A stretch of 63,981 nt of DNA, the filler included, from Hyphochytrium catenoides (taxonomy: Eukaryota > Protista > Hyphochytriomycota): the NCBI GenBank assembly GCA_900088475.1. It is 8 parts of 8 records of this genome, joined end to end, with 100 filler letters (N's around TTAATTAATTAA, not from the genome) between each part and the next. Parts side by side here need not be neighbours in the genome. Positions count along the whole stretch, not along the records: positions 11,697 to 33,753 come from FLMG01004581.1; positions 33,854 to 41,676 come from FLMG01003604.1; 6 more parts are not named here. The stretch is one strand, 5' to 3'. The first letter of the stretch is position 1; each line of letters starts with the position of its first letter. A model generated the notes under the pieces. That model searched no databases. It was not told the origin of the DNA and was given only the letters and a program-made list of their open reading frames with translations. Shown here one piece after another: positions 23,401 through 35,436 of the stretch. The translations under genes were made by a program, and so were the position numbers.

Positions 23401-24867
23401 ATGCAAGAGAGAGCTATCTATCAGCGTGACAAGGTAGGAGAGCCCTCAGCAGCAGAAAGCACAGATCAACGAAGGTGGGACGAAGTACAAAAGGAAGAAA
23501 AGAGTTTCATACCGTGGCGGGCTTGAACCAGGTCTGCGCAAATTCTAGAATGTTCGCAGCGACGTTATGCGTCGCCAGCCGCACCACCTGCCCTTCCAGC
23601 GTCTTAGCTATTTGGTCTCGCTGACTGCTGCTGCAGTAGCGGATCAACTTCTGGACCACAAAGTGGCTGAAAACAGTGTCATGTTAGGCAAACAAGATAT
23701 ACGCGAGCACCATCTCATTACCCGTTCTCCCCTTCTTTTGCCTCTTGCCCTGCCTTGTTCACTCGTTTCCTCTAAGAGCTCCTTAACGCCATTATGCTCA
23801 GCTGTCAATCAGCTAGACTGAAGCAATCTCTGTCGAAAAGGCGAAGACTCTCCTCTTCTTCAGTTCTAATCCTCGCGGATTTTTTCATTTGTTTATCCCA
23901 TGCGGTTCTTCTCCTCTTGACCCCTAATTGTTTCATCCCTTGCCAGACGTCGCTTGCTTCATGGTGGCTTTTTCTTACCCGTATTGCAGCTTGCACATCT
24001 CCACCAGTTGGTCCTTGAGTTCTTGTAAGATCTCCTCTCTGTCCTTGTCAGTCCCGAACTGAATGGCACCCTGAATGACTCTAGCGGCGTCATGCTTCGT
24101 TGCAATCTCATACACTTTTCCCCGAATGAGTGACATCAATTGAATCACAAGCTCTTTCTACAATGTGCATGCAGAGAAGTCAGCCCAGCAGATTGACGTG
24201 TCAACAGCAAGCGACCAGAGAGAGGGCACGACAACATGTTGAAGGAGGCGGAGGCATTGCCAGAATTGGGAGGTAGGGCAGAGTAGAGGCAATTGAAGAA
24301 GGTTGGCGCTGAATATATAGAAACGTTGCCTCTTACCCGTTTCTCCTTTGGCGTATCTCTTTCTCTGATAACATTCCAAAGCTCTTTAGCTTTCACGACT
24401 GTATCATAGTGCGGCCGACTCGCCTGCCGCTGCTTCTTCAAATCCTTCTTCATAGGCATTGGCTCTGAGGAAGCGAAACTCAGCAATACACGGAGAGATC
24501 CAAGAACGTAGAAGAGACAAAGGTGCTTCGTGCAATGGTGTTTACCCCTCGAGGATTGAAGAAGTCTAGGCTCACTATCAGTAGGGACAGTGCCAAAAAG
24601 TGGGAAGGGAAGCGTGCTTTATTAAGGTCAAATGTGGAGCTCTCAGAAAGGCACACCAGGGGGCCAGCGGAAGGAGAAACGACAAAGTAGAATTTGATTG
24701 AGAGAAAGGCAAGCAGAGATAAGAGACTTGCTACCATCGTTCTTGTTCGGTTTCATTTTCTTGAATGGGCTCTGCTTTGAATTCTCACCCTTCTTGCCAT
24801 CTTTCTTCCCCGCCCCAGACATTGCCTCTGCAGGCCTCTTCTTTCCCTTTGTCTCTGTCTTCGCCAT
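20494..24867 (-). CDS. PUM3: Pumilio homolog 3 / Puf6 (PUF-A), nucleolar 60S biogenesis factor with CPL domain, ~11 exons
   Basis: Exons splice in frame: Lys-rich N-terminus, AKELWNVIR, KHDAARVIQGAIQFGT, QYGHFVVQKLIRY, EFYGREF, GSPKDRKKVLKALKG, FDVIDDT, NGRKALLQLLSP..KKDPEVRRMELL (CPL), HPSGHFALKRL, WAANNRGAFVV. Confidence 0.9.
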
Positions 24868-26217
24868 TTTCCTGGATTCCAGTAGCTAACTACGACTAGA
24901 TGAGAAGGCAGCAGAAGGAAGGATGTTAAGCAGACAAAAAGGCTTCTGCTGACCACCTCGCTCGTTATCAATGGCGATGGCACCAGACGTGAGCCCTCAG
25001 TTGCAGCTTGAGCAGGCTCTCTCAATAAAACTAGGCTCTCCACAGGGCGCCCCTGAAGACAAACTTAAGCGTGTGGGGGGAAGAGGGAAAGAGATAGCTA
25101 AAGAGAGAGAGAGAGAGAGACAAAGAGACAGAGAGAAAGAGAGAGATGGCAAATAGGGGCGAGTGCGGCTGCTCTTGGCTGCTTGTCATCATGCATCAGA
25201 AGGGAGCGGCCGCAGTGGCGGGGCGGGGGGCGGCTTCTGATCAGCACACATCGGTTGGTGTGAAGCTTACGGACAGATCCGCAATTCACTGTACTCTATT
25301 CAGGATTATTTCACAAGATCAGAACCAAAGTGATTCTGAAGTTTAATTCCGAATAACCTCATGAAACAGGTCTACAGTACAGAATATCAAATATAACCAG
25401 CCCAAGGCATGAAGCTTCAACTTTACAGTACAGATCAGTGCACAGGGTCTAAGGAGCTGGGATATGAGAACAACGACGGTATCCCGTATGGCTCTCAGTG
25501 CGATCAGAAGAGATTATGTCACTGAATAATACTGCTCGCTGTTGCAGACGTGGAAATCAGCCCTTGGCCTCAGCGAAAATGATTGCTCAGCAGCTGAGTA
25601 GTGTGGCATCGTCCTTTAGCTGCTTCACCCTTCGTCTTGACTGGAATCTATGGAAGCATAATGAGTTGGCGGGCCACAAGAGAATAAGCCAGCCATTTTG
25701 GGCGAGACTGATCACCAATAATAGCTCCAGCCCCAAAGTGCCAACCGGCGTTTGAAGGTTATTAACAAAAAGTAGTTCTCAACGTCAGGCCAGTCCCGAT
25801 AAAAGGAAGAGAAACTCTTCAGCACGATCGTAGTTCGTCTGGGCGTCCGACAAGAGTATTCTTCGAATCTAAGAAGGGACTGTTTCTTCTGGACGGCGCA
25901 ACGACTACTTGTAGTCCTTTCTGGTAGCTGCAGCTTGACATGCCGCTTGCTCTGTCGTTATGCCTCAAGAGGAGATGAGGCGGCCTTTCTGTGATATACT
26001 TGTGATTGTGCTTTCCTCGTCTCACCTGTACCTGAAGAGACTCTTCCTTAGCAGTCCCCCGTAATATCTTGCAAGTGCCGGGCTCTAACCCTATCAATTC
26101 TCCAAGCTGCCGCACGCCAGTTTTGGCTAATAAAATCTTATTAGTTTACATCGAGGACGGGACCACGAGGGACACGCATCCAACTTGAAAGACAGTTCTT
26201 GTCTCTTTCTACTCCTA

Positions 26218-29200
26218 TCAAAGACGTAAAACTTCAATGGAATAGTCGGGCACAAGACGCACAGGAAGCTTCTTCTTCTGCGTAAACTGCTCTAGGTAAC
26301 TGCGCAGCCCTTCAAGATGCTCGCAGGTGCTTGCTTCCGCCATCACTAGCTCTTGAAGCTCCTGATGCAACCCACGGAGACAAGAAGAGGAGCAGGTAGA
26401 AAATATTAGATATCCCGTTCTGGAATCAGAGAAGAGTGATTGGAGCAGCCAGAGTACGTCCAAGAGGCAGCGCCACCTGTCCCGCCTAGTCTTCCACCAC
26501 TTGCTCTCTGACCGTTGCTCACTTCATGCCTTCCTTACCTTCAGCAGCCTCTTGAGCTCTGGTAGCTTATGGCTGTGGAGGATGACCGATGCAAACTGAG
26601 CATCAATAATCATTCCTAGCCAGTCCAACACCTGAAACGCACAGCCGAGATAGTTCAATAGTGTGAGGGCTAACTGTCAGCCCCTAGGAGTAGCAATCCT
26701 TCCCTACCTCCGTCACCGTCGGATAATGTCCCCCATCATCCAATGTTGAGACAGGCAGCCGTGACAGCCGCCGTAAGCACCAGCAAAGGTATTGCAAGAG
26801 GGCCTGCACCTCCCTAATTTCTAAGGTCTACGAAGAGAGGTGCCAGAGTGAGCCTTTCAACCAAGAAAACACCAGTAATAGAGGGAGGTGACCACAGGGG
26901 CGCCAGAATATTTAAAAGGGTGTAGCAGTGACTCAACGGCCGCTGTCACTCAGGATAGTCCGATGCTTGAGAGGTTCAGGAAAGAGAGAAGGAAGCTTAA
27001 GCTGTCGAAAGCACCGTCACAAACTAAGCATGTCGAAGCACTGAGGTTTGATGAAGGGCTGTACCTGCAATGCTCTAGGTAGCAGTATATCATTTCTGGG
27101 AGCTCTAATCAGGCGGGAAAGGAGTCTTTCCATTGCTATGGCTCTCTTGGATCTTGACGGTTCCTTTCTATCTTTACCGTTGAATTCGCCCTGTCCATCC
27201 TGAGCGCTTAGGTAATCCCCCACGGCAGAGTCCGTCGCACCACTCAATAGGAAGCGTAAGATCCGGACGAGGGAAGATCTGCAAAGAATGCAATGAGTGC
27301 GCCGGACAGCATCATCCATGGAGAGCGATTGGGTGGCACGGTTAACACGGGAGCCGACGTTGCGGCCAATAGAGTAAAAGCTGAAAACATCTGAGGCTTT
27401 CAAATGGATGTGGTGCTTACTCCGGAATGTCTGGAACGAATTCGAGGCATTGATCTAACAGCTGTAGGCGCTGATGCTGCAGCAAATTCGGTATGAGGGT
27501 TGGATGTGCGCGAGCTGATACTTGGCCAGAGCGTATCAGTGCGCTAAGGCAAGCCAGCCTTCCCGCCTCCGGACTTGATAAGCACATGCCTACCACCTTG
27601 CATCGGCGCGGGGACAGAATATAGCGACGGGACACGGGAGGAGACGACATATGGACTGATAAGTACAAACCGTAGAAATAAGTAGGAGTATAGGCAGCAG
27701 AACTCAGCAGCTTGTGTCGGCAGTGCTTAGAAAAGAGAGGGAGGAAAAGCGTCGCGGGGGCGAGCCACATATATACATGTAAACATGTATAACGTTTTCC
27801 TCCTTCTCTGGGCCTCTCACCATCCCCAGAAGGGAGAGATCAAGGCAAAAGCTCTGAAGCATCAATGTTGCAATCGCTGTGAAGTCCTGCAAAGATAGTG
27901 CTGGGTCGACGGCCCCTTTGCAGTCCTGTCTGCGATGCAGCTGCGATAGCAGCCACGAAGGAAGGATAGGATAGATGGAAAGGACCAAGCAGGCACGACG
28001 CCGTATCTAGACAAAGAAAACGCATTCGTAGATGAAATGCTGAACTAGAGCTGGCTCACTTTAAGGTTGATATGCAGCGCTAGACGAGCCAAAGAGAAAG
28101 CTTCGAAGGGACACTAAGGAACACAGAAGTATCGAGAGGATATCAAAGGCAAGCGACGGATGGGCGCTCTGACGTTTACCTCTGTAACAAAGGTGTGAGA
28201 CATCTTCCCTTGTATTGCAACAAGCTTCGCTGCATCTTCGCTCTGTCTTTTGGCAGTTTTCGTAGTCCCAGACTGTTGTCTAACGTATGAGAAGAACATC
28301 TACGATATACATGGTCAAAAAGAGGAAGGTCCGCCCATCTCGCAGAGATAAGGTAAACCAGAGCTTGCATCAGACGAAGGCAGTTACGCGGTATCGTCCA
28401 AGGAAAAATGGCGCAGAGAGGGGTGAGCACGACTTAAGCACCGACACTGAGTGAAGCACTGTCTCCATTCTTGTACTGACCTCTCGAAACTGCTGATGGG
28501 TGATTTCTTGCGCTTTAAGCTTCTCAATAACCTCCTCCTCCGCCGTTGAAGCGTCAACGCTTGCTGCCTTAACGGCTGCCACTAGGGTCTTGGTGTTAAT
28601 TTCATCCGTTGCGGCATTTAGGGGACGTAGTAACGAGGGCCCTGCAGATCGCATAGGCGGCTGGGTCACCTTCGCTTCCTCTTCTGGTGCCAGATAAGGA
28701 GTAGTGTTCTAGAAGCCATAGTCATTTCGTTTAGGGACGTGGCAAAACGATGACGACTAAAGACTGCAATACGAGGATCGAAGAGATTCTTGCAAAGGGA
28801 AGTGACATCCGCTTCAAAAAGACCTTGAACTAGAAATCAAATAAGCAGGGACGCAGAGATACACAACAGGGCAGGAGGGGGGGCCTATCTGTCAGTCAAC
28901 CCTGTTTACCTTCATTCTGCCTAGTGCAGTGGCCAACGTGACCTCCATCGGAGTAGTGGACAATAGCGTTACCCTATTCGGGGAGGAGCTGATGATATAC
29001 TGTGACTTATCACCAACAGAAAGAGAGACAAGTGCTTCGTCTCCACCGACTCTCCGTTCATCTATTCCTCTTTCACCTCGTGTCTTAACTTCGGAAACTA
29101 CCACACCATACACAACATCCCAAACGGAAAGCTGGGAAGCAAACGAGGATGGGCCTAGACCATGGAAAAGGAGATAGCTCGGGGCTATCGCTGCCATCTA

Positions 29201-31348
29201 AAAGAAAAAAGAATCAGCAGAGGCTCATGTCATCAAAGAAGAGCTATATCAGGGATTGCATATGCAGGAGGTAAGGTTAGAGACACAAGATACCAAGGTG
29301 GGAAAACAGATCCGGCTGAGAGCCCTTACTGAAGGAGGCAGAGAGAAGACAGAGCAAGCTCAGGGGAGAAGAGACAAAGCTTTAGCCAGATCACCTACTT
29401 TGACGGCAGTCCTAGTCATTTCGTCCCTTGACCTCTTCTTGGGCGTTCTTGAGGGAGTCGGTGAGGCACCCCTTACGCTCAGTCGATGGATGGCTCTCAT
29501 TTCCGGGGAAGAGGAATACCACCTGCTACCTGCGCTCTTCGAGAAGCCATAAGAGACCCATTGGCCATCACTCAGGAGTAAGGATAGCAGGCGGAACGAG
29601 GGGAGGAAGGAGCAAGTAAGGACCTGTGGGGAGAGAAGGGAGACTGGATTCAGCTTGCGAAGGAGGTTCCAATTATGCAGTGAATTGACACACTGTCCAT
29701 TCCTCCTATGGATTACTTTGGTCCTTCTCTCCCTATTCTCCACTCTCCTTTGTGACCTTGTCTCTTTTCCTTGGCTCTTCTACCAGCTGTCTTATCCCTT
29801 CCAGTGGTCGTTTCCCTTTACCTGTTGTCCCTGGCCAAAATGAAGGTCATGCTTAGTTCTGGCCACAAGGCTTTCACCATTGGTGCTCACAGTAAACACT
29901 CTCAGTTGGTAAGCTCGGGAGTTTTGCTGTTTCTCTAGAGTGAGCAGGAAAGTGGTTGGCTCCTCTCCAAAATTGAGAGAAAAGAGAGTTGAAAATGCAA
30001 CCGTCACATTCTGGGCTATCCTGGGGAAGAAGGTGAGCTTGAGGCGCCATTTACGTAGCAATGTATAAAAGTGCTCTAGGAAGACACTACGAAGGACGAG
30101 GAAAGGAGACTTGGCTAAAGCGACGTGGGGAAGCGACTCGCCAACACAAAGAGCTTTGAGGGGCAAAAGGACACCTGCAGAAAACCGTTGAGTGGCGGCG
30201 ATTGCGGAAGAAAAAGCATGCCTAGGCAAAGGATGATAACACCGCTTTAGCAGAGGGGAGAAGGCACGGAAAAATGGACAACTCCTATAGAGAAGATAAT
30301 CCACGACACTCACTTCTCGAGAAGGGAAAGGAGCTCCAATTGAGGACCGTATACTGCTGCCCCACCGTCAGTGAAGGTGACGACGAGAGCATCGGGGACA
30401 CTTTTAACACACTGGATGGAGTACACTTCACGGTGCTCAACCTTTTAAAAAGAAAGGAGTGAAGATGAGAAAAGTGAAGATGGTCCCTGTATACTTGTGA
30501 GCATCTCTTTATCTCTTCCCTCGCTGCGCCCGTTCACTCCGATCAACCTCCTTCAACCATAGATTTACACCAACATGGGATGTACTAGGGTATCTTAGGT
30601 CAACTTTGGACTGGCCTAGGAAGAGGACCACGTTCGTCTCTAGGTGTTATGCTTTACCTTGACTTTCTTCATGTCCTTCAGGTTTTCTTCTTTTTCATGC
30701 CAGCAACAGAGGACATTCTTCTCCTGAACGCCGTAGAGTACCCTGGTGGGAAAGTAGAGGGAAAGAGTGGTTGAAAGACAGCGACAGGGCGACGTAAGGA
30801 GTTTGACTAGTAGGTAAGGCTGAGCACGGATCTAGAGGTAGCTAAATGGATCATTACGTAGCTGACAGAGATGTGGAACAGCGCAAACTATCACCAGCAT
30901 GGGATGACCAACAAGAAGGGCAAAGGGGCCTCTACCTTGTCTTGTGATTTTGAACAACAGGTACTGTGAAAGAGGTGGTTGGCCCCGCTCTGTAGGTCCA
31001 GCTGCGCACCACAGCTTGGTCGTGTATCTACCAGCCAAACGTCAATATGCAATTGTTAGCAGAGATAGGCCGAGACGATGACCAGAAGCACAGGTGGCCC
31101 TATCTCCTATTCAAGTCTCAAGTAGAGAAGAGAAATGCAAAGAACCTTCTCAGACGTAAGAAAATAAAAAAGGAAGCCCTGGTTGAGATCTGTCCTACAT
31201 TATATACTCGGGTCTCCGTCCGAGTCGTGACGATTACTTGGTCCTCTGCCTGGTTGGAATGGCTTGACGTGAACGTCGCCCCGACGACCTCTCCATGGTC
31301 TCCAATGCTGTCATTATGGTAGAGCTCAGCAACAATGGAGCACTCCAT
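26218..31348 (-). CDS. NOL11: Nucleolar protein 11 / Utp8-like (t-UTP subcomplex), multi-exon
   Basis: Exons read QVIVTT..RVYN|IHDQAVVRSWTY..FTVPVVQN, NVLCCWHEKEENL, LLDQCLEFVPDIPE, APRNDILLPRAL, VLDWLGMIIDAQF and C-terminal DYSIEVLRL*. These match NOL11 features (DQK..SW, PDIPE, DW...LDA.F, YSIEVL). Confidence 0.8.
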
Positions 31349-32521
31349 TCCTATTGCGGGGAGTCTCCCACTTGCTCTGAACTTCAAAGCCAATCAGCTA
31401 CTCAGCACACCCTCTGATGAGAGCTCTGCAATATTCTTTGAGAAAGCACCGCTGTCCTCTTCGTCTACTCTCTTGCCTGCTTGCATCTAGTTCAATCACC
31501 TGAGCACGGTGCCGTCATCTGCTCCAGACCAGCAAGCGATGCTGCACTGGAATGATGAAGCGGCCGGCTTGATCATCAGAATCCAGTGTTGTCCTCCACC
31601 TTCTGAGCCTTTCAGTGGTCGCTATTCACCACACCCAATCGAGTAACGTCAAAGCTCCCCCAGGACCTTTCAGAGCTCCTCGTGGAGTGTAAAGATGAGT
31701 TGCAAAGGAGTTCCATTATTGTTCCTTTACCTGTAGAACTAAAGGAAATACCAGCGAGCAAGAGAAAGCTTCGTCGCGTCGTCACAGGGCGATTGTTCTG
31801 GCTTGGAGAAGAGAAGTAGCGCTGTTCCTACGACATTCTCTTCTAGGCAATGCCAGACACCTCTTCGAAACTTCCTTCGTCCATTTGCTGAGATGAAACT
31901 CCTGGTGGGCGCTTCTCGACTAGGATAGTCCAAATTTAGTTCTAAGAGAGGCAGGCAGTGAGTATATAATAGGCTCGCCGCTGCACCCGTCCTCTTTAGC
32001 TAGTGCGCTGGGTCACTAACTCTCGGCCTCGCCGACGGACATCGAGCCACCCGGCCACTCAAAGGGGTAGACCGGAAGCAAGGACCCTTCCAAAGTTGTA
32101 TCAGTAGCCAGTAGCGTGTGCCGTAGGAGAATGAGTAGTCGTAAGAGCTGCAATGTGACGATAGCTCATTCTTAGATCATGCATACTTCCAACGCCTTTG
32201 ACTGTGCTTGCCAGAAAACAACGTGAGCGGGTAATTATGTGCACTAGTCCTTATTCCGACAAAAACAGTTGCTATTCTAACGAAGGTGCAGACTTCCCTC
32301 GCTGGTGGCAAATAACCAGGCAGGGAAGCTCCAGTAACAAGAAGAGAGCGCCAATAAAGCAACACTGCCATAGATACGTGGTTCCCATCTGGTGAGCAGA
32401 TCATATCGATGGCAGCGCCCCTTTCGGGGTACGTGATTGGGAACATAAATAAGTGAAGGGCTATGTCAAGTCAATGTCACTTGATCAGTAGCAGTGCCCT
32501 GAGCAGCGCTTACGCAACGCG

Positions 32522-33460
32522 CTAGACCTCCATTGCCTCTTCTTCTGCTTTCTCTAGTATCCTTTCTCGGTCCAGTTGTCGCTCCAAGTTCCGCTTTACC
32601 GTATCTATTGGCACTACCGGTCCCTTGCTGATCCCCTCACAAGCTCGCCCTGCCTGACGCCATTCCTTCTTTGAGCGCAAGTTGTCAGGCCACCTGCAAA
32701 GAGGTAGAGTCCGAGCAGCAGGCACTGCCGGTTATGTTCCAGATATCCCACCATGCAGGCATAAGAAATGGCGACTAACCATGGAAATGTCCTGCACTGA
32801 AGAGGTCTAGACTTGTACACGCTGCAAGCAGGCTACCGATCATATTATTAGCACCTTCGTTCTGGACACACCGCCCGAAGAGACCTCATCATTTACCTTG
32901 CCGTTACTCCTATCCAGCATTACGCAGTCCATTCCATCTGCCGTCTTTGCCCGCTCAACCAGATACCTTTGGCCTTGAACTTCCTTTGTGTACTTCTCAA
33001 CGAAGGCGGAAGCTGTGATGCTGAGCGTCTTTGCCATTCCCTCTATCTCCTGTGGGGTCACATGAACCCATCCCGTAGAACCCGAGCAGCACTTCCCACA
33101 CTAAAGGGACGAGAAGGGCATTGCAAAGAGATCGGACGTTCAGAAAAACGACAAAAAAAGGCGTACATAATGTCAGTCCAAACCGCCGGAGCCAAACTTG
33201 ACGATGGACTCAAACCATGCTCTATTCCTAAGTACCTCAGTGCACTGGAACTTTATCCCTTTAATCTTCCTCAGCCAGGCGAAATCCGCATGTGCCTTCT
33301 CGGCAGATATCCTCTTCTTGAGTGTAGAGGACGCCCTATATTGTTGCCAACTCGGAGTTGGAACTCTTGAACCCTTCCGGAGGAGGATGCAGCTGAAATG
33401 ATGCGGTCCGCTATGCCGGGGGATGGCGGCGGGCCGATGCAGGGGGAGCTTCCGGAGCAT
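32522..33460 (-). CDS. YkgJ-family cysteine-cluster (CxxCxxCC, putative Zn/Fe-chelating) protein with N-terminal organellar presequence, 4 exons
   Basis: The spliced product reads FQCTE|CGKCCSG..WVHVTPQEI..DCVMLD..|PACSVYKSRPLQCRTFPW|WPDNL..W..AGRACEGI. The first ~50 aa are Arg/Ser-rich and lack acidic residues. Confidence 0.85.
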
Positions 33461-33853
33461 TTTCAGTTGTATGCAGCAAACGCCACTTGGAACTTGATCT
33501 GAAGCTTATCATGGGTCCATCTTGGCTGCTGGCTGTTGGTCCCATGCATTTATAAAAGCATACTCCTCCGGAATCGAAGGGCAATAGTTGAGAGAAGTTG
33601 CGGTGTGGTGATGAGCGATGTGATGCCGCTGTTGATGGCGGCGGAGAAATGCCCATCTTCCCTTCTTATAAAAAATTATTGTTGATGTTCCACTGATGGA
33701 ACACGAACTGAACTTCTAAGGGTTAAATGGGGCTCTTTTTTTTATGTCGAAAANNNNNNNNNNNNNNNNNNNNNNNNNNNNNNNNNNNNNNNNNNNNTTA
33801 ATTAATTAANNNNNNNNNNNNNNNNNNNNNNNNNNNNNNNNNNNNNNNNNNNN

Positions 33854-35436
33854 CCCGCTAGAAAGAGATTACTTGGTTCTTGGGTTTCCATTGCACACAT
33901 TTCTCGATGTACGATGAACAGCGAGGTTGGTGAGATGTTGTTTCCTTAGCGTCTTTGATAAAAGCGTCGAGATCTCCAGAAAACGGCACATTGTCTGATT
34001 GCTTTCAGCCCTAGAATAGAAACTGTGGACAATGTTGTTCTTAGCGTCAAGCGTTTCTTGATTCGAACCTGCGTAATGATTATCTGTCCTTCCTTTGGAT
34101 CCTTGGGACCTTGATGTTGCTTGGCTCCTGTCCGTGCTCCCTCTTCGGAAAGAGATAGTTTATTTGGTTGTTGAGATGTTTCCTTAGTGATGAGCTGGTC
34201 GTGTTCTTCATATCTTCTCAGTATTGCTGTTATATGTGAATACTCCGTGTAGTAGTGCCATATACTCCTCTGAACCACAAGCTCTCGCTTTATGTCTTGG
34301 AGCTAGCGCTGGGGCGAGGAGGTGGATAGGAGAAGGCGCTGGCGAGAGCGCCGCGGCCTTCAGAGGAACTAGCCGACGAGGATGGGTAGTCCGGGTCTCC
34401 TGGGCCAATGGTTGGCTATCAGCGTGGCGCTTGCTACGAAGGAGGTTGCTCTCATCTCTAGTTCTATCCTTCTCTCCCTCCTTCTCTCTCTGCCCTCCCT
34501 GAGATCGGTTTGCTTCTGCTAACAATATAAATCAGTCAATAAAGTTCGATCTAAGAGAAAAATCCTTAGAATCGCCTTAGAAGTCTTCCTCTGCAGAGCT
34601 TTGTCGGAGCTAAGCTTTCTTCTCTGCTCGCACAGGAATAGGCTAATGTCTTGTTCTTCATCTGCCTTTGCCGATAAGAAGGAGCTAAGAGTAGTCACAA
34701 TGTTGTTTGCGCTTCTGCTCCCAAAAGATTCCTCCAATTTGAGCCAAGCTTCTCTCGCAGTTCCTCTACGAGGTAGAAGTGGAATAATGTTGTCAGCCAC
34801 TGCTAAAACAATCTTGCTGAACGTCCTTTTGTCATTCTTTGGCCAAGAAGAATGCATCGTAGCCCTAGACGTAGACATGGGCTTGTTCTTTGAGAAGATA
34901 TCAGGGGATCCTTGGTTCCCGTCAACATGATGAAGGAGGTTCAGTTCATCGAGATAAGCCTCCATCTTCAATCACCAAACAAGGTAGTCCTCCATCCCTT
35001 GTAGCTTTGATATCGTAACCAGGAAAGAGCTCATCATGTTGAAGATTCTGGGGGTTTGAAATAGGTCTTGATGATGAGAGTGAAAAGAGAAATGGACAAC
35101 ATGACACTTTGTGTCCGTAGGGTTTGGTGTTCTTCTTGCCTTGATAAATGGGACGATATCTCCAAAACGAAGCGGTTTCAGAAGAAAATAATGGCACTAA
35201 TGAACTCAGCTATGCCAATTTACCCCCTCTCACTCTTTGAAAGCTCCGAAAAGACGTGAGTTTGGGTCGAAATCATGCTTGAAACTTTCCGTTTGAAAAG
35301 TGCGCGTGTGGCTGAAATTTTCGCCGTAGGGGATAAAATTTATAACAAAATTTGAATGAAAATGTTAAAAAATGTACAGACAGAGCACCTTCTTTCTCCC
35401 ACTCTGTCGAGAGCTGCAGCAGTCTCTCATATTACA
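33854..35436 (-). mobile_element. Ty1/Copia element B: putative 5' LTR (starts TGTAATATG at 35436) and decayed gag, truncated by a gap
   Basis: Gag from ATG ~35037 reads ISKLQGMEDYLVW*LKMEAYL...WPKNDKRTFSKIVLAV..TAREAWLKLEESF, the Copia gag N-terminal pattern. It carries an in-frame stop and a frameshift. Confidence 0.75.
34235..34524. mobile_element. 290-bp solo-LTR-like insertion inside the gag of element B
   Basis: It starts TG (tgtgaa), ends CA (ctaaca) and is flanked by TTATA / ATATA (4 of 5 match for a TSD). Gag-like coding resumes beyond it (ITAILRRYEE). Confidence 0.5.

Noticed and set aside
34970-34976. In-frame TGA in Copia gag as selenocysteine or programmed readthrough
   Set aside because: The element also has frameshifts and an insertion, so simple decay explains it.
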